A program made the translations under genes and the position numbers. Positions 51,556 through 62,864 of a DNA stretch of 64,000 nt are shown here, piece by piece; within the stretch, counting starts at the first letter, position 1; the number at the start of each line of letters is the position of its first letter. The notes under the pieces were generated by a model. The model saw only the letters and a program-made list of their open reading frames with translations, ran no database searches and was not told the DNA's origin. This DNA comes from Octopus sinensis (lineage: Eukaryota). The stretch covers positions 13,206,001 to 13,270,000 of the forward strand of contig NC_043018.1 of assembly GCF_006345805.1 (NCBI RefSeq), in the 5' to 3' direction.

Positions 51556-52745
51556 AAAATATCAAAAAATAAAGTCAGCTGGAATGAATTTGTTTATTCT
51601 TTTATTTCTTTCAGTCATTTTGACTGCGGCCATGCTGGGGCTCCGTCTTGAACAATTTGACCCTAGGACTCATTTTTAAAGCCTAGTACTCATTCCACCA
51701 GTCTCCTGCCAAACTGCAAACTGTAGAAAAGCAAAGAAAGGAGATGATAACATCTAAAACCATCGTCGTCATCCTTGTCATCATTTTACAGCTCCTTTCC
51801 CTGCTGGTGTGGGTTCAATCTCAGGTCACAGTCAAAGGCTACTTTTAGATAAGGCAGAGCATCATGTCTCGCTCATTAAGTTCTGTTTTGGGCCTGGTTT
51901 TTATGGTTGGAAACCCTTTCTAACCTGTTTACACTGTAAAATGTTATAAATGTGTTATGCAGTAAACTGTTTGAAGCATAAAAGCCACAACGCAGCATCA
52001 TTTACTGCAAACAAAAACTAAGGAATATTTCCTCAAGAAAAATGTGATATGTTATGAATTGGGAGGGGTTAGGGTGGGTTTTTTAAAAATATTTAATAAA
52101 ATGGAGATTTGCTAATTTGCCAAAATGGCATCTAAAAAAATTGGAAATGCTGTTCTACTGAGTCACTTGTCTTGCTAGAAATAACAACCAAATTTCTCTC
52201 ACCCACTTTGAATATTTACTGTTATATTTAACACGTTTGTGTACATTCAAAAGTGGAAAGACCGAGGATGCAGACACAGTTTTAGGAGGGAAATTCTTAT
52301 AGACAATGTTACCATCTGAGTGGAAGCAGCTTATGCTTTTCAAAGCATAGATTGTCTATCGGAAGAATTTCTTTCTTGAGTTGCCCCAAAGAATGTCTTT
52401 TCATGTCTCATTTTATATGAACAAATTCAATATAATTTCACATACCTATATTTCACATACCATTGTTTGGTGTACCCCTATTTAATTACACCTACTTTGA
52501 ATAGTGTGGTCCTGACTAAGTCTGAAGAATAATGGGATGGTCATAGTTGGAACATCTGTTTCATCAGGGTTGATTTGGGATTAAGCAACCCTAACAGCGT
52601 GAGCCAACAAAACAAATTGTATATATTAGAAATAGTAGCTAAATCTCCCTCGAGCCACACCCTACTACTTTAATAAAGGAAGGATGCAAATATAACAACA
52701 ACAAAATATTGAAAATATTCCCAATGTTTTCTTTTGCAGACAATC

Positions 52746-52863
52746 ATGAGGTTCAATAGCAAAGCGCTTGCAAGTCTTTCCTTGCAGACCAACACCAAGT
52801 TTGATAAAGAAGGTATTGTATGGATGAAAGACAAACAAGATGGACTTTTTAAGAAAGGTGAAG
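52746..52863 (+). CDS. INPP4: PH-domain protein (INPP4-like / PLEKHJ1-related), coding exon 1: MRFNSKALASLSLQTNTKFDKEGIVWMKDKQDGLFKKGE
   Basis: Acceptor TTTTGCAG at 52732-52739, ATG at 52746 and donor G|GTAAGG at 52864 (phase 1). MRFN..L..L....TKFDKEG matches recalled protostome INPP4 N-termini. Confidence 0.8.
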
Positions 52864-55800
52864 GTAAGGAACATAAGTTTTCTAATACACACTGTGTTAT
52901 ACTCATCATCATCGTTTAACATCCGCTTTCCATGCTGGCATGGGTTGGATGATTGGACTGAGGTCTGGCGAACCAGATGGCTGCACCAGACTCCAATCTT
53001 GATCTGGCAGAGTTTCTACAGCTGGATGCCCTTCCTAACGCCAACCACTCCGAGAGTGTAGTGGGTGCTTTTACGTGCAACCAGCATGGGGGCCAGTCAG
53101 GCAGTACTGGCAACGGCCACGCTCAGATGGTGTTTTTTACATGCCACCTGCACGTTATTATATTTGATCTATGATCAAATATATTCCAACCCTGACCATC
53201 TCCTCTTTCTTGGTCTATCTAAAACTATATTATGTACTGTATCGTCATTGTCATCATCGTCATTTATGTCCCTTTTCCATGCAGGCTTCGTTTGGACAGA
53301 GTTGATAAGGCCAGGGGCTGCACCAAGCTCCAGTTGTCTTTTCTGGCATGGTTTTTCTATGGCCGGATGCTCTTCCTAATGCCAACCACTCCACAAAATG
53401 TACTGGACGCTTCTTATGTGGCACCAGCACCTGTATCAGTTCTGTCAAGGATGGGTCTTCTTGAGTACAGCAAGGCACCATATTCTTGTATCCTTTCTGT
53501 TTGTGAAAGACTGAGGGTAATTTGAAGGCATTTTTGCATAACCATTTTCTTGTAGGTTAAATCCATTGAACTGAAACTATAAAGCAATCAACTGAAGACG
53601 ACAAAGAGCTTTTGTCCAACATCCGACCCATTTACTAATGGATCCTTCTTCTATCCACTGGAATCTCATCCTTTGCTCTCCACCATCCCCATTGGTGCAG
53701 TTTAAGATGTGTAGTTAAGGGATCTTCTTTGCAATTCCTTTATTCAGTTCAATCCCTTTGCACTTTGCATTATGGGCTGATGTCTTTTATTATAGTCTTG
53801 GATCAACCTAACTTTGTGAGTGAAATTGAGTAGAGGAAACTACGAAAGCCCATCTGAGGTATTCTATCCATTCTTGGGTGGCAGACTTCATTTTTGGCCC
53901 ACTTGGCCACTTGTTTTTGTCTTTAGCCGATACCACATTGTGGGAAATATTCAGAACTAGTTTCCCTGTTTGTGGAAAGCCTGTACTGTTTTCTACTACA
54001 GCAACCATAAGCAGAAGTTTCCTTCCCCATTTCTTCCTAATCTTGGTAGCCCTATAAGGGTCCATTGCACTGTACAGATTCTTTGATTGAGCCATGAAAA
54101 AAAGCCACTTATTTAGACTCAGGTCTGTCATGAGCTCAAGGGCTCATAAAGTTTGAGCTTAATTCAGTTTCCAAGGTTACAGCACTCCCCACTGAACAGG
54201 ACACCAGTCCATTGCTGGGTTAATTCCCCATTTATTGCCAGTGCTCATTTTTGCCAGCTGAGTAAACTGGAGCAACATGAAATGAAGTATTTTGCTCAAG
54301 AACATAACACACCATCAGTTACTAGGATTGAAACCATGACCTTATGTTCATGAGTGCAACAACACCTTCACTGGGCAACATGCTCTCATTGGAAAACAAA
54401 ATGAAAAAAATGTAAATCTGAAAGAATTGAAAAAAGAGTAGATGAAAAATCCAGTTTTGGTTTGGAATTTAATTTTTCTTCTGATGATGGCATAATTTTG
54501 AAGAACAGATTGTATCTCTGCTGCCAGTCTTTGCAGGATGTGCGTATCTGGTAAGGTTAGGTCATTTGGTTTCTAATACCATTGTGTGGTGCAGTGGTAT
54601 GTGACAAGGGTTATCCAAGAGTGAAGTGGATTTAAAAAAAATATAATTTAAGATTTTAGGCTCTCTTGTTTTGTAGTGAATATTTATTGTAATCGATGTT
54701 TTACATGTATTTTGTCACATCATCATCATCCTCCTTTAATGTCCATTTTCCATGCTGGCATGGGTTGGAGCACACTGTAAAGGGGTCGGTATTAGGAAGG
54801 GCATCCAGCCATTATTGGACATTTGGTTTGTTATATATACAACACAAAAAAAATATATGTACATCCACTGGTCCAATGGTCTTTAGGTGTATATTGGTTT
54901 CAGATGTTAGAACACAGTGTCACATGGGGTGCACCATGATGCATTATATGCACATTGCATGTAATACACCTTGAGGGTCACATTGACAGGTGTGTCTTCA
55001 CAGTGATCCCCTTCCAGTAATAATACAATGGTTTACATCTCCCATAGTTGTGGCTCAGCAGTAATTTAGTCAGTTTTGAGAAGAGAAGTGAAATTTCAAA
55101 CAATCACTTTAAAAATGCCTTACTTGAAAAACCAGAGTAATGGTTGGCAGCAGGAAGAGCTTCCAGCCATAAAATACCACCTCTGTAGGTTACACTAAAT
55201 CCATGCCAAGATGGGAAAAGCAGTGGAAAAATGAAAGCAAAACAATGATATCCTATAGGGAGTAGGGATCCCCAACCAGTGGGCCACACAGAAAGAATAA
55301 AAAAGTTTAAATTGTATTTCTATTTTATTGACTATCACAGTCTTCTGGGTGTTTTAGCATTGTATATGTTTTATGAATGTGATGTATATGTATTATCCAT
55401 GTAATGCATGGCTCAGTGGTTAGAGCGTCGAGCTTACGATCGTGAGGTTGTGAGCTCGAATCCCGGACCGGGCTGCGTGTTGTGTTCTTGAGCAAGACAC
55501 TTTATTTCACGTTACTCCAGTTCACTCAGCTGTAGAAATGAGTTGTGACGTCACTGGTGCCAAGCTGTATCGGCCCCTTTGTCTTTCCCTTGGATAACAC
55601 TGGTGGCGTGGAGAGGGGAGGCTGGTATGCATGCGCGACTGCTGGCCTTCCATAAACAACCTTGCCCGGACTTGTGTCTAGGAGGGTAACTTTCTAGGTG
55701 CAATCCCATGGTCATTCATGACCGAAGGGGGTCTTTATATTACATACATGACACATATATAATTGTATACCAGGCAGCACACTTAGCTGCGTTTCATCCG

Positions 55801-56589
55801 TCTTTTATATTATAAAGTTCAAATTCTGCCTAGGTCGTCTCTGCTTTTCACCCTTTTGTAGGGGGGGGGGATAAAATAAACACCAGCTGAGTGCTGGGGT
55901 TGATGCAGTTGACTTACCCCCTCCCCTGAAATTGCTGGTCTTGTGCTAAAATTTGAAACCATTATATATCACACATTTAACACACACACATATACAAATA
56001 GTATGTATGTATTGTTTAATTAAATTGTATGTTATCCACTTTATTGTAACTTGTGTGTGTGTGTGTGTGTGTGATCCTCCTGTCTGTGGAAAAATTGTCT
56101 TGTTTGACACTGGTCTTTTGTCTAAAAAAGGTTATGGAGAGTATCTTGAACAAAAAAAAAAGAGAAAAGACAGGTGAACAAATGTTTTACAGTTTTAAAA
56201 GATCAAAAGATTTGTAACAAAGAAGAGGACTGTGCAAACCTGTTTCCCACGGTCCATGAATACAATTGCTTTTGTGACCTGGATTCAGGGCAATGAAATT
56301 AGCACGAGGGAAAAAGGAGTAATATCAAAGGTTGAGAAACTTACCTGCTGAATAACGAGGTCACGTATTCATGCATTGCATACAACGATACTCTGTCACC
56401 TGTCGCAAATATTTATGTTGCACAGCATTAACCACATATTACGTTTTATTGACTTTTATTGCTCATTGTGTGACTCGTGTCACAACTCTCGAATTCCTCC
56501 TCGTTAATCACCTGTCAGTGTTACCGACATAGTTCATTCATTATATGCACATTGTCAGACCCTGCCGTAACACTGTTCATTCAGTCACG

Positions 56590-56880
56590 TAGAGAGACAC
56601 CAAGGATCTTATGAAGACCCTGCATTCAGAACAATTCAAGCTTGTTCAGGTCTCAGCGCTGTAGAGGAGGATGAGCAGTACCAGTGTGTGGGAAAGATGG
56701 GTGAAACAAATTGAGGAAGACCTGAAGTTGCAGTGCCCCAACCTTGAGCATGCTAAGGCCAGCACCACTGATTGGAGAGGGGGGAATAACATCGTTATCA
56801 CCAGAGTCTGTCATCCAGCGGCACCCACAGCAACATATTGGTTGAGGGGGCAGCCTCCCCCTCTGGTCACCAGCTAGGAA
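56590..56880. mobile_element. RTE fragment with a 5' inversion
   Basis: 56590-56690 matches 7700-7800 (antisense to the LINE), while 56690-56880 is the sense 3' end (HAKASTTDW...HPAAPTA). Confidence 0.65.
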
Positions 56881-57033
56881 TTTGAGAAAAAGAACAACAC
56901 TCTGTCATGACATCTCCTAAAATCAATATACATCTAAAGACCATGGCCAGTGGGTGTATATACATTTCTTGTGCTTTATGTATAACAAACTGAATGTACA
57001 ATAATGTTATGCATTCTATTTAATGAGAAAATA

Positions 57034-58289
57034 CAGGGTGCGTAAGATATTTGGGGACAGATTTATGTTTATAAAAAAACAGATATATGATAACTGATGA
57101 TAACTTTATTTATCAAAAACTGCTGTGAAGTTGAAAATAAACCTTTTCTATAATGTTATTCAATAAAGCCACCTTCAGTTTCAATAACTGCTTCTATATG
57201 AGATCTAAATCATCTACATGCTCGAATCAAGTGGTCCTGGTTCATTTTGGACATTACTCTGACTATGGCAGTTTTCAAAGAATCTTTGGTGCTATGGGCA
57301 TGTTCATTGACCTCTCTCTCAACAATGCTCCACATATAAGTCCAATGGATTGAGATCTGGGGAATTAGGAGGCCAAATGTTAGGGGCGATGTGACCATGA
57401 AAATTTTCAGCCATCCATTCCTGTGTTACTAGAGCCATGTATGATAGTACAGAGTCTTACTGAAACCCATATGGCCTTCCATTGCATACACTGTCTATCC
57501 AGGGTTTAACAATTGTTTCTAGGACCTCAATGTAGGCGGCAGAGATAACTCTAAAGCCTTGTGGAAAGAAGTAAGGAGGCTTCACATGTCCTACATTGCT
57601 GACAACCCCTAAAACCATGATAGTTGCAGGAAATTTTGTATGCATAACACTTGGAACTTCAGAAGGGTCTGCACATAACCATCTGTCATTTCTTCTGTTA
57701 ACTTTTTGATCTTGGTCGAAGTTTTTCTTGTTTGAGAAAAACCAAATCAGATCTTCTGCTGGATTTTTCAGTTTTTTCAAGAGCCTTTTAGATCTAATGT
57801 AGTTATTTTCTTTTGCTTTTTGTAAAATAAATTGACCTTTCCTCATCATATAAGACTTATATATGATGTCTTCATGGACACTTCTGATTGTTCCTTCTCA
57901 CACATGGAGATCTTTTGCAATTGACCTTATGGATTTTCTGGGATTGTAATTAATGCTCTGTTGAACTTGCTGGATAAATTCAGGTGTTCTGATGATTTCA
58001 GAGCATTTAGAATGCTTTTCATGCTTTTATGCAGGTGATACACTTCTATCTTCAGTCTCTAACTCCTTACGAACCCTGTAGACAAAAGATCTGGCAACTT
58101 TTAAAAGTTGAGATATTTCTAAATCGCTATGCTTAGCCTTTATAACCACAATAACAGCATGCCTCTTCCTTTCTTGAGTAAGATGAGGGTCTGCCTTTAT
58201 TATTTTCTGAAACAAAGATTATACAGAGTTAGCAACAAATGCGGCAGTGACCAAAAAAAGGTATGTCCTCAAATACCTTACGCGCCCTG
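57034..58289 (-). mobile_element. Full-length Tc1/mariner (maT/DD37D-like) element, 1256 bp, disrupted ORF
   Basis: TA target duplications at 57032-57033 and 58290-58291; TIRs CAGGG(T/C)GCGTAAG(A/G)TATTTG; NRRNDRWL...KFPATIMVLGVVS...WPPNSPDLNPLD. Confidence 0.92.
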
Positions 58290-59164
58290 TACATGTACAA
58301 CATCTATTATAACAAACATTCACTATAAACCAAGAGAGCCTAAAATCTTAAATCAGAGGTGGTGGTTGACCCCGTAATTATTTTTTTTTTAGCTTGGTAA
58401 TTATTGTAGTAGTCTCTTTTGACGAACTGCTTAGGTATAGGGATGTAACCACACCAACACCACTTGTTGAGTGATGGTTGGGGACAAAGAGACATAAAGA
58501 CACACGCATAATATATATATATATATATACACACACACACCTACACACATATACAGTGGGCTTCTTTCAGTTGCTGTGTACCAAATCCACTTACAAGGCT
58601 TGAGGCTATAATAGAAGGCACTTGCCTAAGGTGGCACAGAGCGGGATTGAACCCAGAACTATGTGGTTGGGAGGCAAGCTTCTTACTACACAGCCACTTA
58701 TATTTCTACCATTTTCACTCACAAAGCAATGGTCGGCCTGAGGTTATAGTAGAAATGTTCTTATCCTAAGTAGCTGGAATCACTGGTTGCAAAATTAAGT
58801 TCATAACCATACATGGGGAAGTTTTTTTTTGGACATATTGTGTTCAAAATGCAACTCTTCTATTTCCATAATTTTCTATCAGTTAAAAAATGTCTTTTGT
58901 ACCTGTTCCTTGCTGTGTGTCTGGAACATGAAAGTTCTTAAATCCATTCTCACTGATGCTGGACCTTCATGGTCTGACCTTTTGGACGAAGTAGAATTGG
59001 TGTCACAATTTAATCACTATAAAGAGGCTGCAATAAATTGCCAACATTACTTCATCTCGATGATGAGACCTTTAAGGGTTCTAGAAATGTTGATGATATG
59101 TAGACCACGAATGTCTAGAAATGTTGACAACTTTCCCTGCTCCAAACAAACTGCAAGAAACTTT

Positions 59165-59432
59165 TTTTATTATGAGCAGACACATCTCCTCACCTTGTTT
59201 GTTGTTATCACAACATTTCAGCTGATGTACTCTCCAGCCTTCATCAGGTGTTTTGGTGGAATTTCAAACCCAACCCTTTATTTAACTAATGGGGTACTCT
59301 CTTCTCATTCCTAAAGTATGTTGCTGGTGTTATTTTGCCGTTGATATTATTTTTCAAGGCCCTCCTGGGATCGAACTTAGAATCTGAGGGTTAGTGACCC
59401 ATGCTCTTATCCACTATGCTATATGCCCATGG
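59165..59432 (-). mobile_element. SINE family I (tRNA head plus hammerhead module)
   Basis: A box TAGCATAGTGG, B box GTTCGATCC; CTGATGA at 59241-59247 and GAAA at 59216-59219 on the minus strand. Confidence 0.8.
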
Positions 59433-59449
59433 GCAGTCATAGAGTGAGA

Positions 59450-59630
59450 ACAGGAATGAGAACAATGTACCCCGTTAGTCAAATAAAGGCTTGGGATTTG
59501 AAACCTGATGAAAGCTGGAGAGTACATCAGCCGAAACGTGTTAACAACAAACAAGATGAGGGCACCTCTCCATCCATTGTAAATAATGGACATAATTCCT
59601 CATCTCAAAAATATAGGATAATGCAAGAAA
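59450..59630 (+). mobile_element. Headless family I copy, inverted relative to 59165-59310
   Basis: CTGATGA at 59505-59511, CAGCC-GAAAC at 59528-59537, and the same 3' end as the 35.7-kb copy. Confidence 0.8.
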
Positions 59631-59728
59631 TTTGTATGAAAGTATGATAACGCATGCATATGTACAAACATTCATGTAGTTGTATGTTTATCTAAATTTG
59701 GTAATATTATTATTATTATCTTTGGCAG

Positions 59729-59796
59729 CCTTTGTGGAAAGATTCTGTAGACTAAAGGGGAATATGCTGTTTTATTTCAAGAGTAAAGAGTTCACA
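59729..59796 (+). CDS. INPP4: PH/INPP4-like coding exon 2: (A)FVERFCRLKGNMLFYFKSKEFT
   Basis: AG at 59727-59728; the phase matches exon 1 (G+CC); typical PH R.C.L.GN.LFYF motif; donor GTGAGT at 59797. Confidence 0.9.
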
Positions 59797-60499
59797 GTGA
59801 GTAATTCATCATTTGTTTTGTTTTTTCTTGTCATTTTAATGTCTGTTTTTCCATGCCAGCAGGGGTCAGATGGAGTTTATTGAGGCTAGATGTCCTCTCT
59901 GTTGCTACCCTCACCTGTTTGCAAGTAAGGTAAGATTTTCCCTTGGCCAGACAAGTGGAAATGAAGGACAATCATTTTACAAATATCATGTGATATCAAG
60001 ACAAAGACACACACACACACACACCACCACCACCACTACCACCACCACCACTTAGCATCTGTTTTGCATACTGGCATGGGTCGGATGCTTTGGCAGGAGC
60101 TGGGAATCCAAAGCACTGCCCCCACCTCTACACATATTTATCTTACCCAAGGGTTTGACTTTAACCTATTAATGCACAGCGTCCAGAAAAATGGATGCAG
60201 GAAAATTTACTATTACTTGTTTCATGTGTGTATAGTTGGTTTGTTTGCATGCAGTGCCTGCTCACTGATAGAGCACCAGTTTAGAAGCAGACTATACCAA
60301 AAATAAGCTCAATCGGTAGTTTACTTAACAAGCAATAGTAACTTTTCCTGCGTCCGTTTTTCTGGAGGCTTTGCTGTTCCTAGGTTAATCAGAAACAGAT
60401 TGTCGTGCTTCTCATAAACCTTCTTTGTAGTTTGATTATTTGGTGAAAATCAAACCACCAAAGCAACTTAGACCGTCCAAAGGATGGGCGCATTTGCTA

Positions 60500-60545
<46 letters not shown>

Positions 60546-60947
60546 GTGTGTGTGAATCATCATCATTTAGCATCCGCTTTCCATGCTAGCATGGGTTGGA
60601 CGGTTCAACTGGGGTCTGTGAAGCCAGAAGGCTGCATCAGGCCCAGTCTGATCTGGCAGTGTTTCTACGGCTGGATGCCTTTCCTAACGCCAACCACTCC
60701 GTGAGTGGAGTGGTTGCTTTTTACATGCCACCCGCGCAGGTGCCAGACGGAGCTGGCAAACAGCCACGGACGGATGGTGCTTTTTACATGCCACCGGCAT
60801 GGGGGCGAGGCGAGGCTGGGAAGCCTCGCCTGGCCCATATATATATGTATGTTAGTAAATGCATAATCTTTTACTCTCTTACGGGTTTCAGCAATTATTC
60901 ATTATTTCAGGGTAGTATAATAATACAGCTGTTTTTTTTCATTGCAG

Positions 60948-61035
60948 AACACAGATCCATTGGGTGTGTTGATTATTGAAAGATGTACAGTAGAATTAGA
61001 CACAGACGATGACAACTTACATGGATTCATGCTAG
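60948..61035 (+). CDS. INPP4: PH/INPP4-like coding exon 3: NTDPLGVLIIERCTVELDTDDDNLHGFML
   Basis: Poly-T plus CATTGCAG acceptor, phase 0 start, PH motif P.GVLIIERC, and end at AG|GCAAGT (GC donor, phase 1). Confidence 0.87.
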
Positions 61036-61332
61036 GCAAGTAGTTTTTATCTTCAGTTTCTTGGAACACTACGACTTAGGCATTTTCCTGTCTTTCTGTC
61101 ACCATTACCATGTTTGCTAACTCTCCATGTTTTGATCTGTTGTAGCCATTTTCTGTTGGGGTTTTAAGAATTCATCTATATTTATGCTAAATGCAAAATA
61201 GGTGTGCCTCTGGTAAACTTATGTAATGGACACACACACACAAACAGACTGGACAGTAAACTAGATATTGCATGACCTCATGGCTACTCTTCACTCTACT
61301 CAACATATTTGGATTATCCTACTTCACTCTCT

Positions 61333-61830
61333 GGAGGCACATGGCCTAGTAGTTAGAGCAGCGGACTCGCGGTCGAGGGATCGCGGTTTCGAATCTCAGA
61401 CCGGGTGATGTGTGTGTTTATGAGTGAAACACCTAAGCTCCACGCGGCTCCGGCAGAAGGTAATGGCAAATTTCTGCTGACTCTTTCACCACAACTTTCT
61501 CTCACTCTTTCCTCCTACTTCTGCCACAAAGCAGAGGAACCATGGTGTAACCCACTATGGTGCGGTAAACTTTCAGACCCTAGTCTAGATTGCGAATCCT
61601 CTGTACCCCAGGATGGTTCAGCTCTCCACCCGTTAAAAGCTACCGTTTACGGAATGAGGATAACAACATAGCTTTCGCACCCGTGCAACCGCCAGTCTAT
61701 CGCGTGTGGTGGGTGGATCTTCAGGTTGCCACATGCATTCTTAGTGGCTTAGAGTAGGCTCGAATTAGAGATTATTCTTTGTGGCTAATGGCGTGAGTCC
61801 TGGTTGGAAGAAGAAGACAACAACAGCAGC
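61333..61830 (+). mobile_element. SINE family H, tail type 3
   Basis: Near-identical to 28663-29175(-). Confidence 0.9.
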
Positions 61831-62660
61831 ATTTTATATTCCCTTTTTCAAACTGGTTTGGCTTGGATGGTTTTTCCGAGGTAATGTTTTATGGCCAGAG
61901 GACCTTCTTGTTACCTTCTTTTGTTCCCTCTTATACCAAATAGGGGTACAGGATACCTATTTTGACCCTTCAGCATTCAGATTATTCTGTCAAATGTAAT
62001 GCTTATTCATTCACATTGGTTTCAATCACTCTTGTATTGTCTTGAACTGTTCAGATTTCAGTGATGTAACTATTTATGTTTTGGGTGGGTGTGACAGGCC
62101 AGACCCACTCAGGTTGAACCTAATATTTGGGCCAGATATTGGCTGGTTTGAATCCTAATGGGCTAAAGCTGAGATACAGTTTATAAGAATTAATTACATA
62201 TGTGGCATAATAAATGGATCTTGGTCAGAGTTTCCAAAACATGAGTTTTTAGGTGTTTGATCAACTGAAGTATCTTCTCGGTGAATTAGAATGAAAGTGG
62301 CTGAGTACTTTCACTGATAGTGTTGTCGTCATCATCATCATTGTCATCATTTTAATGTCTGCTAACTGTAAAAGAAGAAGAAGAAAATCTAAAGACACAA
62401 ATATTCTAACAAGTTTCCTTGGGAAAATGGATATGAAACAACAAAGGAAACTTTTAAAAATTATATTTGAATATCATCATCATCATCATCACCATTTGAC
62501 ATCTGTTTTCCATGCTGGCATGGGTTGGATGGTTTGACAGGAACTGACAAGCACAGGGGCTGCACCTGATTCCATTTGTTTGTTTTGTTTTGGTTTCTAT
62601 AGCTGGCTGCCCTTCCTAATGCCAAATAATTCTTTTTTTGTTTTTTTTTTGTATTTGCAG

Positions 62661-62864
62661 TATATGAAGGAGATGAAAATCCTGTCCATTTTGCCACACG
62701 CACAGAAGAACAGAGGGATCAGTGGATTCAGACATTACACATCGCTAGTTACGAGTGTCTCAAAATGCAGCTGCAAAGTTTACGGGAACAGTTGGTTAGC
62801 AAAACAGGTCACGATCCACTTGATAGAATGCCTCAACAAGATACGTGCTCCACCAACCCTCCAG
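62661..62864 (+). CDS. INPP4: PH/INPP4-like coding exon 4: (V)YEGDENPVHFATRTEEQRDQWIQTLHIASYECLKMQLQSLREQLVSKTGHDPLDRMPQQDTCSTNPP
   Basis: Acceptor GTATTTGCAG, phase 1 start, PH C-terminal helix (EEQRDQWIQTL) plus a PLEKHJ1-like ASYE...TG.DPL motif, and donor G|GTAATC at 62865. The gene probably continues beyond the window. Confidence 0.88.

Noticed and set aside
53808-54131. 107-aa minus-strand ORF in the first PH-gene intron
   Set aside because: No recognisable domain and no splice support; probably a chance ORF or an old repeat.
61036-61045. Canonical GT donor at 61040 for PH exon 3
   Set aside because: It gives phase 2 and an immediate stop when joined to exon 4; the GC donor preserves the PH domain.
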